Shown piece after piece: positions 19,024 through 29,123 of a stretch of 58,771 bases of DNA. Origin of the DNA: a virus (taxonomy: Duplodnaviria; Caudoviricetes); IMG/VR virus record IMGVR_UViG_3300031578_000039, positions 1 through 58,771 of that record; one strand, 5' to 3'. Position 1 is the first letter of the stretch, and every line of letters begins with the position of its first letter. Under the pieces are notes generated by a model, which did not search any database, was not told where the DNA came from, and saw only the letters and a program-made list of their open reading frames with translations. Both the position numbers and the translations under genes were made by a program.

Positions 19024-19079
19024 TATTGGCGGTAACACTGGTGTAAACACACCTTTTAATTAATTTATTAATAAAAACC

Positions 19080-19739
19080 ATGAAAAAACAAACATTTATA
19101 GAAGCTATTGATGCAATTGAAAAACAACATATGCTTGACATTGAAGCATCTAAAAGATTAGGATTTGTATTCCCAAACGCTGATACTACTAATTTAATTC
19201 CTGATAATCATTTAATATCAAATGCCTTAATTATGGTGTTACAGGATGAAATGAACGATACCGAATTATGCGAATATGGTCAATCTTGGATTGAATATTT
19301 TTGTTTTGAGCTTATTTTCGGCAAATTAAAATCATTAAAATCATTTGATAATGGGATAGAGATTGATTTATCAAGTGCAGAGAAATTGTATTATTTTTTA
19401 AAAAAACGAACTAAAAATAAAATTAAAATAATAACAACCGAAGAACTCACAAAGTTATTCAACGCCATTGAAATAGATGATTTAATCGACTTTGAAAAAA
19501 AACAGGTATCAAAAGAATACACAAGCATAGTAGTTGATGGGGACATTGAAATTGACATTACTGTTTTAGTCGAAAATGATCTTTTCGATGAAATACAAAT
19601 GAAAAATTTAGATGTTAATATACATGTATGGAATAAAGGTAGCGAGGAAAAATTCAGTTTAAATGTTAGTAATTTTTTAAATCAAAAGGAGAAACTTTAT
19701 AACAGATTAGCGAAAGAATATATAAACAGATTAACTTAA
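19080..19739 (+). CDS. Hypothetical protein
   Basis: 219-aa ORF. Confidence 0.75.
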   Translation: MKKQTFIEAIDAIEKQHMLDIEASKRLGFVFPNADTTNLIPDNHLISNALIMVLQDEMNDTELCEYGQSWIEYFCFELIFGKLKSLKSFDNGIEIDLSSAEKLYYFLKKRTKNKIKIITTEELTKLFNAIEIDDLIDFEKKQVSKEYTSIVVDGDIEIDITVLVENDLFDEIQMKNLDVNIHVWNKGSEEKFSLNVSNFLNQKEKLYNRLAKEYINRLT

Positions 19740-19750
19740 AAATCCACACA

Positions 19751-20572
19751 ATGAGCGAAGAAGTACAAATCATGCAAGTAGAATCAATAGATGTTATTCA
19801 AGCAAGGGAAAAAGCATCATTGGACATACAAGTAGTAACAGCGAAGCAATATCCAAGAGATATTACTAAGGCAAAAAACAACTCTATAGCAATTGTTACA
19901 ATGGATAATAAAACTGCTGAAAGTTGCAGTTATTCTTTGCCTAGGGGCGGTAAAACAATTTCTGGGCCATCAGTGCATTTAGCTAGGATTATAGCCCAAA
20001 ACTGGGGGAATTTAAGAGTTGAGGCTAAAGTTGTAGAGATAACATCAACACAAGTGGTGTCACAAGCTATTTGTTTTGACCTAGAGACAAACTATGCTGT
20101 AAAAATTGAAGTACGAAAGAAGATAACAAATAAATTCGGTCAAAGATTCAATGATGACCTTATAACACTCACAGGCAATGTTGCTAATGCAATTTCTTAT
20201 AGAAATGCTGTTTTTAATGTAGTCCCTAAAGCAATTTCAGAAATTGTGTACAAGGAATCAAAAAACATGATAACAGGCGATATAAGCGATGAGGCTAAGC
20301 TTATCAAGAAAAGAAATAAAGTACTTAATCATTTTAGAGATACTTTTGCAGTTACAGAAGAAGAAATATTGAAAGTGCTTGGTATTGGCTCTATCAATGG
20401 GATTAAACAAGATCAAATTGTTGTACTCGTAGGACTTCATCAAGCTATTAAAGACGGTGATACTACTGTTGAAGATGCATTTAATAGGGAATCTGAACCT
20501 AAAAAAACAGTTTCAGAAAAAAAGGAAGAAATGAAAAAAAAACCTAATGAAGGTCAAATGGATATGCCATAA
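19751..20572 (+). CDS. Putative phage recombination/ssDNA-annealing protein
   Basis: TAKQYPRD..YSLPRGGK.I.GPSVHLA motif; adjacent to a PD-(D/E)XK nuclease. Confidence 0.6.
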   Translation: MSEEVQIMQVESIDVIQAREKASLDIQVVTAKQYPRDITKAKNNSIAIVTMDNKTAESCSYSLPRGGKTISGPSVHLARIIAQNWGNLRVEAKVVEITSTQVVSQAICFDLETNYAVKIEVRKKITNKFGQRFNDDLITLTGNVANAISYRNAVFNVVPKAISEIVYKESKNMITGDISDEAKLIKKRNKVLNHFRDTFAVTEEEILKVLGIGSINGIKQDQIVVLVGLHQAIKDGDTTVEDAFNRESEPKKTVSEKKEEMKKKPNEGQMDMP

Positions 20573-20650
20573 ACATGTTACACAACATATAATAGGCTAG
20601 TTATTTTAATAAATGATTAGCCTATATTTGTTAAAACTAAATTTTTAAAA

Positions 20651-22777
20651 ATGAATACACAAAAACATAAATACTCTGATTTAACACTAGATCAATATGA
20701 GGAGCATTTCAGCAATTTTCTTATTGATTCATGGTCTTATTCCAAAGTAGCAACATTCACACGAAATGAGAAGGATTTCGAGATGAGATATGTTTATCGT
20801 GAAGATTATAAAATTTCAGCATCAAGTGTATCTGGCTCTGCCTATCACGAAGCTCTAAAGCTATATTTTGAAGGTTTAAAGCAAAATGTAGTGTGCGATC
20901 TTACAACACTTAACCAAGAGGCGTTTGAGTACATAGAATCAATACATGCTAATGAATGGAAATTACAGAAAACTACGCCAACAGTTGAAAATTGCATAGA
21001 GAAAGCATTTAAAAACTCTACAATCTTATTAAATAATTTCTACGCTGAAAAATCAATATACGAAAACGATATTGAAGAAGTATTGTTTGTTGAAGAAAGG
21101 TTCAACGAATGGATTTCACTTAACGGCGTTGATTTACCTTTGCCTTGCCATGCTGTAATTGATTTGGTTTATAGATCAAAAGATAATAAAATAGTTGTAT
21201 TAGATCATAAATCAAAATCATCTTATACCGATGAAAAAGATGCAAAATTCGTGATCGGGAAACAGGCAATTACATATGTTAAAGTATTAGAGGCAAGAAC
21301 TGGTTTAAACGTTGACAGGGTTTGTTTTATAGAAAATAAAGCATCAAAAAATAAGGATGGTTCTTCGCAATTAAAAAAGATTGATATTGAATTAGACAAA
21401 GATATAATAAGGCTGTATGAGGCAATGCTTTATGAGCCTATAAAAAGAATGACACAGGCTGTTTCTGACCCCGACTATGTTTACATAACAAATGACAATG
21501 ACAGTTTTGTAGATAAGGCTGAAATTTATCAATTCTGGACTAAAACAATGATTGCAGAAGTTGAAGATTTTAATATTCAGGATTCAAAAAAAGAATTAAT
21601 ACAAAAGAGATTAAAAAAGATACGTGATGCCTCAATTTCTTCAATTAACCCTAAAATTATCAGTGAATTTAATAAGAATGCCGCTGAATTTATCCAATAC
21701 AATCTAAACAATAAAAACATGACATCGCAAGAGAAGATAGAGCATATTTTAAGAACTTTCGGCATAGTCTCAAAGGTTCAGCACACATTTTCAGGATATT
21801 CAAGTAATACATTTTTATTAGATGTAAATGCAGGTATCCCATTATCAAAGATTCACAGGCATAAACTCGACATTGCAGCAGCTCTTAATGTTGGCAATAT
21901 TCGTATTATGAAAGATTTATTTGTACATGAAGGAAAATCATACCTTGCAATAGAATCATCAAAGAAAAGAGAAGATAATTTACTTTTCGATATAAAATAT
22001 TTAACTGGTGTAAAAATACCTATCGGATTAGATAACTTCGGAAATACGGTAGTATGGGACTTAGAAAACAATTCAACGCCTCACATGCTTGTATGTGGAG
22101 CAACGGGTTCTGGAAAATCTGTATGTCTTAAATCAACAATAGAATATGCGAAACACGCAGGGATAAATGACATTATTATTTTTGACCCTAAATTTGAATT
22201 TACTAAATATTCATCTAAAGGAATATCAGTACTTAATGACATTAAGGATATTGAACTAGAAATGAGGGAGCTTGTTGAAGAAATGCAGGAAAGAGTTAAG
22301 TCAGGCATAAATAGCAAGAAGCTTATAATTTTTGATGAGTTCGCTGATGCGGTTGCTAGTTCTAAAAAAGGCAAAGAACTAGATATTATCGAAAACATTC
22401 AAATCGGTACTTATGCGCCAAAAAAAGTAAAAGGATTATTCGGTGAACACACAGAACAAGGATTACCAAAAATGGCAATGAGGAAAGTCGGAGAGTTTAA
22501 ATCGCTAGAAGAAAACCTAAAAATATTGCTACAAAAAGGAAGATCAACAGGAATAAGAATAGTAGCAGCAACTCAAAGAGCATCTGTAAAAGTAATAACA
22601 GGAGATGCAAAGGTGAATTTCCCTGTTCAGGTTTGTTTTAGAGTTCCAAAAGAAGTAGATTCAAAGGTAGTAATTGATGAATCTGGTGCAGAAGTATTAT
22701 ACGGAATGGGTGACGGTCTTATTAAATCGCCAGAATACTTAAACGTTATTAGATTTCAAGGATTCTTTAAACCTTAA
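20651..22777 (+). CDS. PD-(D/E)XK nuclease fused to an FtsK/SpoIIIE ATPase
   Basis: N-terminal IDLV...VLDHKS; C-terminal PHMLVCGATGSGKS, IIFDEFAD, ATQR, GMGDGL. Confidence 0.9.
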   Translation: MNTQKHKYSDLTLDQYEEHFSNFLIDSWSYSKVATFTRNEKDFEMRYVYREDYKISASSVSGSAYHEALKLYFEGLKQNVVCDLTTLNQEAFEYIESIHANEWKLQKTTPTVENCIEKAFKNSTILLNNFYAEKSIYENDIEEVLFVEERFNEWISLNGVDLPLPCHAVIDLVYRSKDNKIVVLDHKSKSSYTDEKDAKFVIGKQAITYVKVLEARTGLNVDRVCFIENKASKNKDGSSQLKKIDIELDKDIIRLYEAMLYEPIKRMTQAVSDPDYVYITNDNDSFVDKAEIYQFWTKTMIAEVEDFNIQDSKKELIQKRLKKIRDASISSINPKIISEFNKNAAEFIQYNLNNKNMTSQEKIEHILRTFGIVSKVQHTFSGYSSNTFLLDVNAGIPLSKIHRHKLDIAAALNVGNIRIMKDLFVHEGKSYLAIESSKKREDNLLFDIKYLTGVKIPIGLDNFGNTVVWDLENNSTPHMLVCGATGSGKSVCLKSTIEYAKHAGINDIIIFDPKFEFTKYSSKGISVLNDIKDIELEMRELVEEMQERVKSGINSKKLIIFDEFADAVASSKKGKELDIIENIQIGTYAPKKVKGLFGEHTEQGLPKMAMRKVGEFKSLEENLKILLQKGRSTGIRIVAATQRASVKVITGDAKVNFPVQVCFRVPKEVDSKVVIDESGAEVLYGMGDGLIKSPEYLNVIRFQGFFKP

Positions 22778-22780
22778 GAT

Positions 22781-23020
22781 ATGATAGAATATAATCATGA
22801 AGTTTGGCACGAATGCGAAAGCTGTGGATTTCAGTTTGATAGGAGAGTGTATGTAAAATGTCCTATTTGTAATAAAACCACACAAACACACATCCTTGAT
22901 ATATATTTGAATGGGCAATCAGTATATCAAGTTAATGGAGTTGTAAAAATCAAAAGGACAATTCCAGTTAAATTACACATGTTTATGATAATGTGTAGCG
23001 ATTATACTTTTTTAAACTAA
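22781..23020 (+). CDS. Zn-ribbon hypothetical protein
   Basis: CESC..CPIC. Confidence 0.6.
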   Translation: MIEYNHEVWHECESCGFQFDRRVYVKCPICNKTTQTHILDIYLNGQSVYQVNGVVKIKRTIPVKLHMFMIMCSDYTFLN

Positions 23021-23038
23021 CTTTTATAAATAATAACT

Positions 23039-23902
23039 ATGGCAACTAAAATTGAATGGACAGAAGCAACGTGGAATCCTATTATTGGCTGTTCCAAAAT
23101 CTCACCGGGATGTGAGAACTGCTATGCTGAAAAAATGGCGGGTAGATTATCAAATATTGTAAGTACTGCACATTATTTAAGAGTTGTGGAGCAAAATGTT
23201 AGCGCACCATTCGTACATAGAGGGTTACAAATATGGAATGGACAAACTCATTTTGTAGAATCAGCATTAGATAAGCCACTAAAGCGTAAAAAGCCTACAA
23301 TGTACTTTGTGTGCAGCATGGGAGATTTATTTCACGAATCAGTTCCTTTTGAATGGATTGATAAAGTAATGGCTGTAATTGCTCAAACGCCACAGCACAC
23401 TTTTCAAATCCTAACAAAACGAGCTGACAGAATGAATAAATACTTTGAACGCTCAGAATATGATTTTGGCTATAAAATAACACCTAATATATGGCTTGGA
23501 GTAACTGTCGAAAACCAAGAACAGGCAGATAAAAGGATACCAATTTTATTAGAAATTCCGGCAGCAATTCGATTTGTAAGTATAGAACCTATGCTTGGGC
23601 AAATATATTTAACTGATTTTGAAAACCCTTTTTATAATTACATAGATAAAACCGAAAATATTAACAGCATTGACTGGGTAATATGTGGAGGCGAAACAGG
23701 AACTAAAGCTCGTCCTATGCACCCTGATTGGGTTAGATCATTAAGGGATCAATGCAAAGAAACTAATACGCCTTTATTCTTTAAATCATGGGGAGAGTAT
23801 GCACCATTTACGCATGAAAAAGGATTTGAGATGGTAAAAGTCGGCAAAAAGAAATCTGGTAATCTAATTGATGGAAAGCAATACAGAGATTTTCCCAAGT
23901 AG
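23039..23902 (+). CDS. DUF5131 / Gp37-Gp68 family protein
   Basis: TKIEWTEATWNP..GCSKISPGCENCYA, SMGDLFH, LTKR, DWVICGGE. Confidence 0.95.
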   Translation: MATKIEWTEATWNPIIGCSKISPGCENCYAEKMAGRLSNIVSTAHYLRVVEQNVSAPFVHRGLQIWNGQTHFVESALDKPLKRKKPTMYFVCSMGDLFHESVPFEWIDKVMAVIAQTPQHTFQILTKRADRMNKYFERSEYDFGYKITPNIWLGVTVENQEQADKRIPILLEIPAAIRFVSIEPMLGQIYLTDFENPFYNYIDKTENINSIDWVICGGETGTKARPMHPDWVRSLRDQCKETNTPLFFKSWGEYAPFTHEKGFEMVKVGKKKSGNLIDGKQYRDFPK

Positions 23903-23942
23903 TTTAATATTGTATCTTTTTATAATTAATTTTAATAAAACA

Positions 23943-24251
23943 ATGATGAGTTTACTTGAGCGATTTGAAATAAAATCAGGAGAAGAAATATCAGTAAAAA
24001 ACGAAAATGGCACTTATTTTGTTGAGCTTCGTAAATCTGAAAAGGTTAATCTTAACCCTAATGATATTTACACAAGAGATATTATGCCGCATACAGGTAA
24101 TTATATCCGTATGGATGGATACACATTTCCAATGACAGATTTTAACATATCAGAATGGAAAGAAACAGGCGCAAAAGGAATGATTAATGACAGAATAGAG
24201 GTTAGTAAAGATCAGTTTTTAGAGATTTGTAACATTACAAAAACAAAATAG
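23943..24251 (+). CDS. Hypothetical protein
   Basis: ORF track. Confidence 0.65.
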   Translation: MMSLLERFEIKSGEEISVKNENGTYFVELRKSEKVNLNPNDIYTRDIMPHTGNYIRMDGYTFPMTDFNISEWKETGAKGMINDRIEVSKDQFLEICNITKTK

Positions 24252-24334
24252 TTTGCTCGTGACACGATTGTCATTACCAAAAAGTAAATAGCTGTAATTC
24301 ACAAACTTAACCATACTTAAAAAACACTTACAAC

Positions 24335-24616
24335 ATGGCACAATACAGAGTAATTAAAACACCATTCGGATACGTTTGTCAGGTGAAAGTAACAAGACTT
24401 GTAAAACGTTGGATACTTCCTGATAAAATGAAAGATGAATTTGTTAATCTTAATAGGTTCGGTAAGCCATGCACTAAATTTAAACCCATTAAGGCTTATT
24501 ATCGACAGCCAAGTAGTATTTGCCATACTCCTTTTATAACAGAGAGAGAAGCAAAGGAATGGCTTAATAAAATAATAAAAAAACAGGGGGCATTTTCTCG
24601 CTCATGTGTTGGTTAA
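24335..24616 (+). CDS. Basic hypothetical protein directly upstream of cas9-like gene
   Basis: ORF track. Confidence 0.7.
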   Translation: MAQYRVIKTPFGYVCQVKVTRLVKRWILPDKMKDEFVNLNRFGKPCTKFKPIKAYYRQPSSICHTPFITEREAKEWLNKIIKKQGAFSRSCVG

Positions 24617-24642
24617 AACATTAATTATAAAAACTTAAGACA

Positions 24643-27384
24643 ATGAACAAATTATCAATTTATTGCGATTTGCGAAGCATAGGATGGATTATAACAAACG
24701 GAAACAATATCATAAGAAAAGGAATTAAACGTATAAATGTAGATTTTGATACTTATTATGAGTTTATTTCTGGAAATGTTATAAGCAAAAGAGTTAATAG
24801 AAGATTAAAAAGAACCGCAAGGCGAAACAAATGGAGGCGAAACAGCCGCAAAGAAAGCCTTATTAATTTCCTTACATGTCTTAACATGATGCCAACAAAA
24901 GAAATGTTAAGCACTGACAAGCTTAGTCGTTATAAACTAAGAGTTAAAGCGTTATCAAAAATAGTTTCTGCAAAAGAATTAGGCTTAATAATGTTTGACT
25001 TACAGAAAAAAAGAGGTTATAAATCCATGCGTGGAGTAATGGCAGATGGCAGCGATTATTTAGACCAAATAAAAGAGCATGAAGAAAATTTAAAAAGCTT
25101 CCCTTCAATATCTGCATATCTTCTCACCATTGATAGCGATAAGGATGTAATATTTACAAGAGAAAGTTACGAAGCTGAATTTGACAAAATTTGTCAAAAA
25201 CAAATAACAGACTCAAAAATTACCGAAAAATTAAGAAGTATAATATACTTTCAGAGACCATTAAGGAAAGGTGCGATTTCTAATTGTAATTTGGAGAAAA
25301 ACAGAAAAGTAACGCACAAATCTCATCCTGATTATCAAACATTTAGGTGTTATCGTGATGCAAATAACATAACAATATTAGATAACCAAATGAAAGAAGT
25401 GCCGATCTCTTTAGAATTTAGATACAAGTGGGCTAACAATCTATTAAAAGGTAATGGATTAACTAAAGCTTCTTGCTGTAAAGATTTGGGAATTAAAAAA
25501 AGTACAGGCTATTCATGGTTAAGCGGTAAAAGATTAGAGCCTAGTTCCATGTGTCAGCTTAATGAATTTGACTTTAACTCATTTGATCTTTGGCATAACT
25601 TGTATTCTGCTACCGATGAAGCTAAATTAATTAATTTGCTTATACAAAAATCGGGATTTACAGATGAGCAAATAGAAAGGTTAATTGACATTGATTTTAA
25701 GGGCATGGGATGGGGTGAATTTAGCCATAAAGCAATTAACAGATTATTGCCTTATCTCCAAAAAGGCATGAAATTAAAAGAGGCTATATTAAAAGAGTAT
25801 GGAAGCGTTGATATGAGCAGTGATATTACTTTACGTAACCTTTTATTAGAGCAGGTATTTGAGAGTACTAAATCTCTGATTGAAGAAATTAGTAAACAAT
25901 ATCAGATTGGAGAAATGCAAATAGAACTTAATCAATCGCTGAAACAAGGCAATAAAATTAGAAAACGAATATCTTCAGGCAAACGTAAAAAAGAAAAGTG
26001 GGAAAAAGAGAATGAGCAAACAATAATTGATGCAGGAGCAGAACCAAGCTCATATAATTATCACAAATTAAAATTATGGGAGGAATGGGACGGTTACAGC
26101 CCGTATGATCCTGATATAAAAATTGATTTAAAAGACTTATTCACAGATGAGTATAACATCGACCATATCGTCCCAAAGTGTAAGATAATGGAACGAGGTT
26201 TTAATAATCAATGCTTGTCGAAAAAGAATCTTAATGAGCATAAAGATCAATTAACTGGAATAGAATTTGCTGAAAAAACAGGAATCATAGAAAAATATAA
26301 ATCATTGATAGAAAGCCTGAAAATATCAGATACAAAGAGGAAATTTCTATTTATGAAATCTAATGAAATCCCAACAGATTACGTAAGCTCAATGTCTGGA
26401 TCTGACTACAATACAAAATGCTTTTTAACACTACATGAAAATTCTACTTGTATCCCAAATAAAATAGTTAATCGCTATTATAGAGAGTGGAACTTCAACC
26501 AATTTAATGATGAAGATGCAAGAAGTAGTTTAATGAAAGCACTTGTATTGTGCAATATGAGCAATGAAACTGTTAAATACTTTGACAACTTGGTTGGATT
26601 AGGAGAAAAAAGCATTGGAAGATATAATTTAACTCCTGAAATTACAGATATTGGAGAAATGCCAAATATTTACATGCCGTCTATTAAGCTATATCGTAAA
26701 ATAAAAGGTAATTACTCACCTAGATTTCAGCTTCATAAAGAGACTGTTTACGGTTATCGACCTAAAAAAACAATTAACGGAAAAGGACAGGAAATAATTG
26801 AAAATTACTATAAGGTTAGAAAACCAATTGAAAGCCTAACAAAGCCAATGATGTCAAAAATTATGGATGGTGCTATTTCTAAAATTGTCAATGAAAGATT
26901 TAACGAATGTGGCACAATTGATAAATTCATTGAGAGTATTGAAGAAAATCCATTAATACATAACGGAAAACAAATAAAATCAATTTCTATTGAAGTAAAA
27001 AGTGATGCAGTTATGCCTTTACATTCTACCGATGGGAATGGTAATACTTTCGGGAAAAAACATCATGATAAAAAGATTGATTTTGTTTATAGTTCAGGGG
27101 CCGCATTCATGTATCTCGAAAAAGGCAAATATCGAACCATGCCATTGATGGAATATATTGATAGCCTGAACAATGGTACTATTCATAAATTTGAAAAAAC
27201 ATTTGCAAAAAACGATGTGGTTAAATTTGAAGGAAATCATTACTTCATTTGTGGTATTAGTGACGGAATCGTAGAAATAAGACCAACGCATCAGCTGAAT
27301 GCAGAAAAAGGGATAAAATGCAGTAAAAACAAGATTAGTGAGTTTGAAAAACTAATAATTAACCAATTAGGATATGTTATATAA
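24643..27384 (+). CDS. cas9: Compact type II-C Cas9 homologue; HNH intact-looking, RuvC degenerate
   Basis: SIGW, Arg-rich bridge helix RRLKRTARRNKWRRNSRK, KKRGYKS, IYFQRPL, HNH YNIDHIVP..NN..N..K, PRFQLHKETVYG. Confidence 0.93.
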   Translation: MNKLSIYCDLRSIGWIITNGNNIIRKGIKRINVDFDTYYEFISGNVISKRVNRRLKRTARRNKWRRNSRKESLINFLTCLNMMPTKEMLSTDKLSRYKLRVKALSKIVSAKELGLIMFDLQKKRGYKSMRGVMADGSDYLDQIKEHEENLKSFPSISAYLLTIDSDKDVIFTRESYEAEFDKICQKQITDSKITEKLRSIIYFQRPLRKGAISNCNLEKNRKVTHKSHPDYQTFRCYRDANNITILDNQMKEVPISLEFRYKWANNLLKGNGLTKASCCKDLGIKKSTGYSWLSGKRLEPSSMCQLNEFDFNSFDLWHNLYSATDEAKLINLLIQKSGFTDEQIERLIDIDFKGMGWGEFSHKAINRLLPYLQKGMKLKEAILKEYGSVDMSSDITLRNLLLEQVFESTKSLIEEISKQYQIGEMQIELNQSLKQGNKIRKRISSGKRKKEKWEKENEQTIIDAGAEPSSYNYHKLKLWEEWDGYSPYDPDIKIDLKDLFTDEYNIDHIVPKCKIMERGFNNQCLSKKNLNEHKDQLTGIEFAEKTGIIEKYKSLIESLKISDTKRKFLFMKSNEIPTDYVSSMSGSDYNTKCFLTLHENSTCIPNKIVNRYYREWNFNQFNDEDARSSLMKALVLCNMSNETVKYFDNLVGLGEKSIGRYNLTPEITDIGEMPNIYMPSIKLYRKIKGNYSPRFQLHKETVYGYRPKKTINGKGQEIIENYYKVRKPIESLTKPMMSKIMDGAISKIVNERFNECGTIDKFIESIEENPLIHNGKQIKSISIEVKSDAVMPLHSTDGNGNTFGKKHHDKKIDFVYSSGAAFMYLEKGKYRTMPLMEYIDSLNNGTIHKFEKTFAKNDVVKFEGNHYFICGISDGIVEIRPTHQLNAEKGIKCSKNKISEFEKLIINQLGYVI

Positions 27385-28993
27385 AATAAGATTAGATTTT
27401 GACAGATATATTAGTGAATTCGACGACAGCCACTTAGTTATTATTGATGGGAAAAAGGAATATATCCCGAAATCTATCATTCATTTATTAAAGAAGAAGC
27501 GTAAATTCGCTATCGTTCCTCGGTGGTATTTTGAGAAAAAAACAGATATTACGATTGAAAATATTGAGGAGACTAAATTTATCAGCATTGGAGGAAGCAT
27601 TTTAAATAGTCATAAAGCTGAAAAATGTAGTGTTATTGAAAGTAAAGTTTTTCCTTTAAGAAAAAAACAGAGAGAGCTTGTAAATCATTTTATAAGTAGC
27701 CGATTTATAGCTTGGTTGTGCGATGCAGGAACTGGTAAAACAATATGTACAACTACAATAGCTTATAGCCGTTGGAAAGCAGGATTAGTAAGCAATACAT
27801 TTATAATGTGTCCTGCACATTTAAAAACACAATGGGAAAAATTAATTCTTTCTTACTATCCAGATTTCTCCGATTTTCACATAGTGTCTATTGATTCTAC
27901 CAGTACCGATAATGGGCTTGAAAAAACATTGAAAAAATTCAATGATTTAGATGGTGAAATTCAGCTGATTATTGATGAGAGCCAATACTTAAAGAATAAT
28001 TCAGCAAACAGGTCAAGAAATCTTGAAAAAAACTTCAATGCCGAATACGTTCAGATAGCTACGGCATTTCCTATCGAGAGAAGCGCAGGAGACTTGTTCT
28101 ATCAATTCGGAGTAATGAGCCGTGAAATTATAGGGTGTGAGAATTATGGGCAATATGAGCAAAATTTTCTCATACTTGGCGGTAATGATGGCGAAAGAAT
28201 TGTCGCATATAAAAACACAGAGCAATTAAAGGAAAGGATCAGCCCATACATCGCACGGATGGAATTTAAAGAGGTAAACTCTGATATTCCACCAGTGGCA
28301 GAGAGGTACGTTTATTTCGATTTAAACAAAGAGCAGAAAGAAGCTATTGGCGCAATAGAGAATTTAATAGTTCAGATGCAGACAAAAACAGGATGGTTGC
28401 CAGAGAATAAAAAGTACATGATAGACACTTTTTTACACAAGATATGTAGCGGCTACGTTCCAACACAGGAAGAAATAAATACCACCTTTAAAGACTTCGG
28501 AAAGCTTGGCGAAAGCGCAGATAATATAAGGAAAATAGGACAAATAGCGTATAATCCTTATAATAATAGAATAAAAGCACTAAAAGAACAACTTGAAATA
28601 TTGAGAAATAAACAGGTTATAATTTGGTGCAAGTATATTGATGAAATCAAAACCATTCATTCAGAGATTGGCAATAGCATTGTAATAGATGGAAGTGTGA
28701 CAGGGAAAAAAAGAGATCAGGCAGAGGATGATTTTAAAAGCGGAAAATATCAGTATTTAATAATATCAATAGGCATAAATTCTGGTTTGAATTTTAACAA
28801 CTGCCACAAAACAATTTTCTTTTCTCAGGATTATTCAAGAACAAAGAGAGAGAACGCAAAATTACGAATACAGAGAGCAGATCAAATAAAACCATGTGAG
28901 GCTATATTTATTGTTGCAAATAATAGTCTAGACGTAAGGATATTTGAAAATGCAAAACACAAAAATAAAATTTGCAATATTTTTGAAAAATAA
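27374..28993 (+). CDS. SNF2-like SF2 helicase/ATPase
   Basis: DAGTGKT, IIDESQ, VIIWC, GLNF, RIQRADQ; overlaps cas9 by 11 nt. Confidence 0.9.
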   Translation: MLYKIRLDFDRYISEFDDSHLVIIDGKKEYIPKSIIHLLKKKRKFAIVPRWYFEKKTDITIENIEETKFISIGGSILNSHKAEKCSVIESKVFPLRKKQRELVNHFISSRFIAWLCDAGTGKTICTTTIAYSRWKAGLVSNTFIMCPAHLKTQWEKLILSYYPDFSDFHIVSIDSTSTDNGLEKTLKKFNDLDGEIQLIIDESQYLKNNSANRSRNLEKNFNAEYVQIATAFPIERSAGDLFYQFGVMSREIIGCENYGQYEQNFLILGGNDGERIVAYKNTEQLKERISPYIARMEFKEVNSDIPPVAERYVYFDLNKEQKEAIGAIENLIVQMQTKTGWLPENKKYMIDTFLHKICSGYVPTQEEINTTFKDFGKLGESADNIRKIGQIAYNPYNNRIKALKEQLEILRNKQVIIWCKYIDEIKTIHSEIGNSIVIDGSVTGKKRDQAEDDFKSGKYQYLIISIGINSGLNFNNCHKTIFFSQDYSRTKRENAKLRIQRADQIKPCEAIFIVANNSLDVRIFENAKHKNKICNIFEK

Positions 28994-29057
28994 ATTTATT
29001 GGAAATCAGTTACTTACATAGAAAACTAAAAAAAACTTCACTTTTTCTTTGAAAAAG

Positions 29058-29088
29058 TTTGCAGAATCAGATATTTGTCGTATATTTG
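29058..29088 (+). promoter_or_regulatory. Bacteroidota sigma-type promoter
   Basis: TTTG-N19-TATATTTG. Confidence 0.7.
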
Positions 29089-29123
29089 TATTGAAGGTTA
29101 ACAACAACTAAAAAACAAATATC

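Larger units (their letters stand above)
17797..19056 (+). mobile_element. Integron-like cassette array F (3 cassettes)
   Basis: Bodies 18093-18213, 18294-18565, 18682-19036 with complementary ends; terminal motif 19033-19056. Confidence 0.85.

Noticed and set aside
8709-19036. TAG recoding, suggested by TAG followed by an in-frame TAA at cassette ends (8711, 14301, 14515, 18197, 19023)
   Set aside because: Core genes have no internal TAG, DUF5131 and the DnaC-like gene end at TAG at their expected C-termini, and other TAG-ending cassettes do not fit
24643-27384. IscB or stand-alone HNH endonuclease instead of Cas9
   Set aside because: No PLMP N-terminus; size and REC-lobe motifs match II-C Cas9
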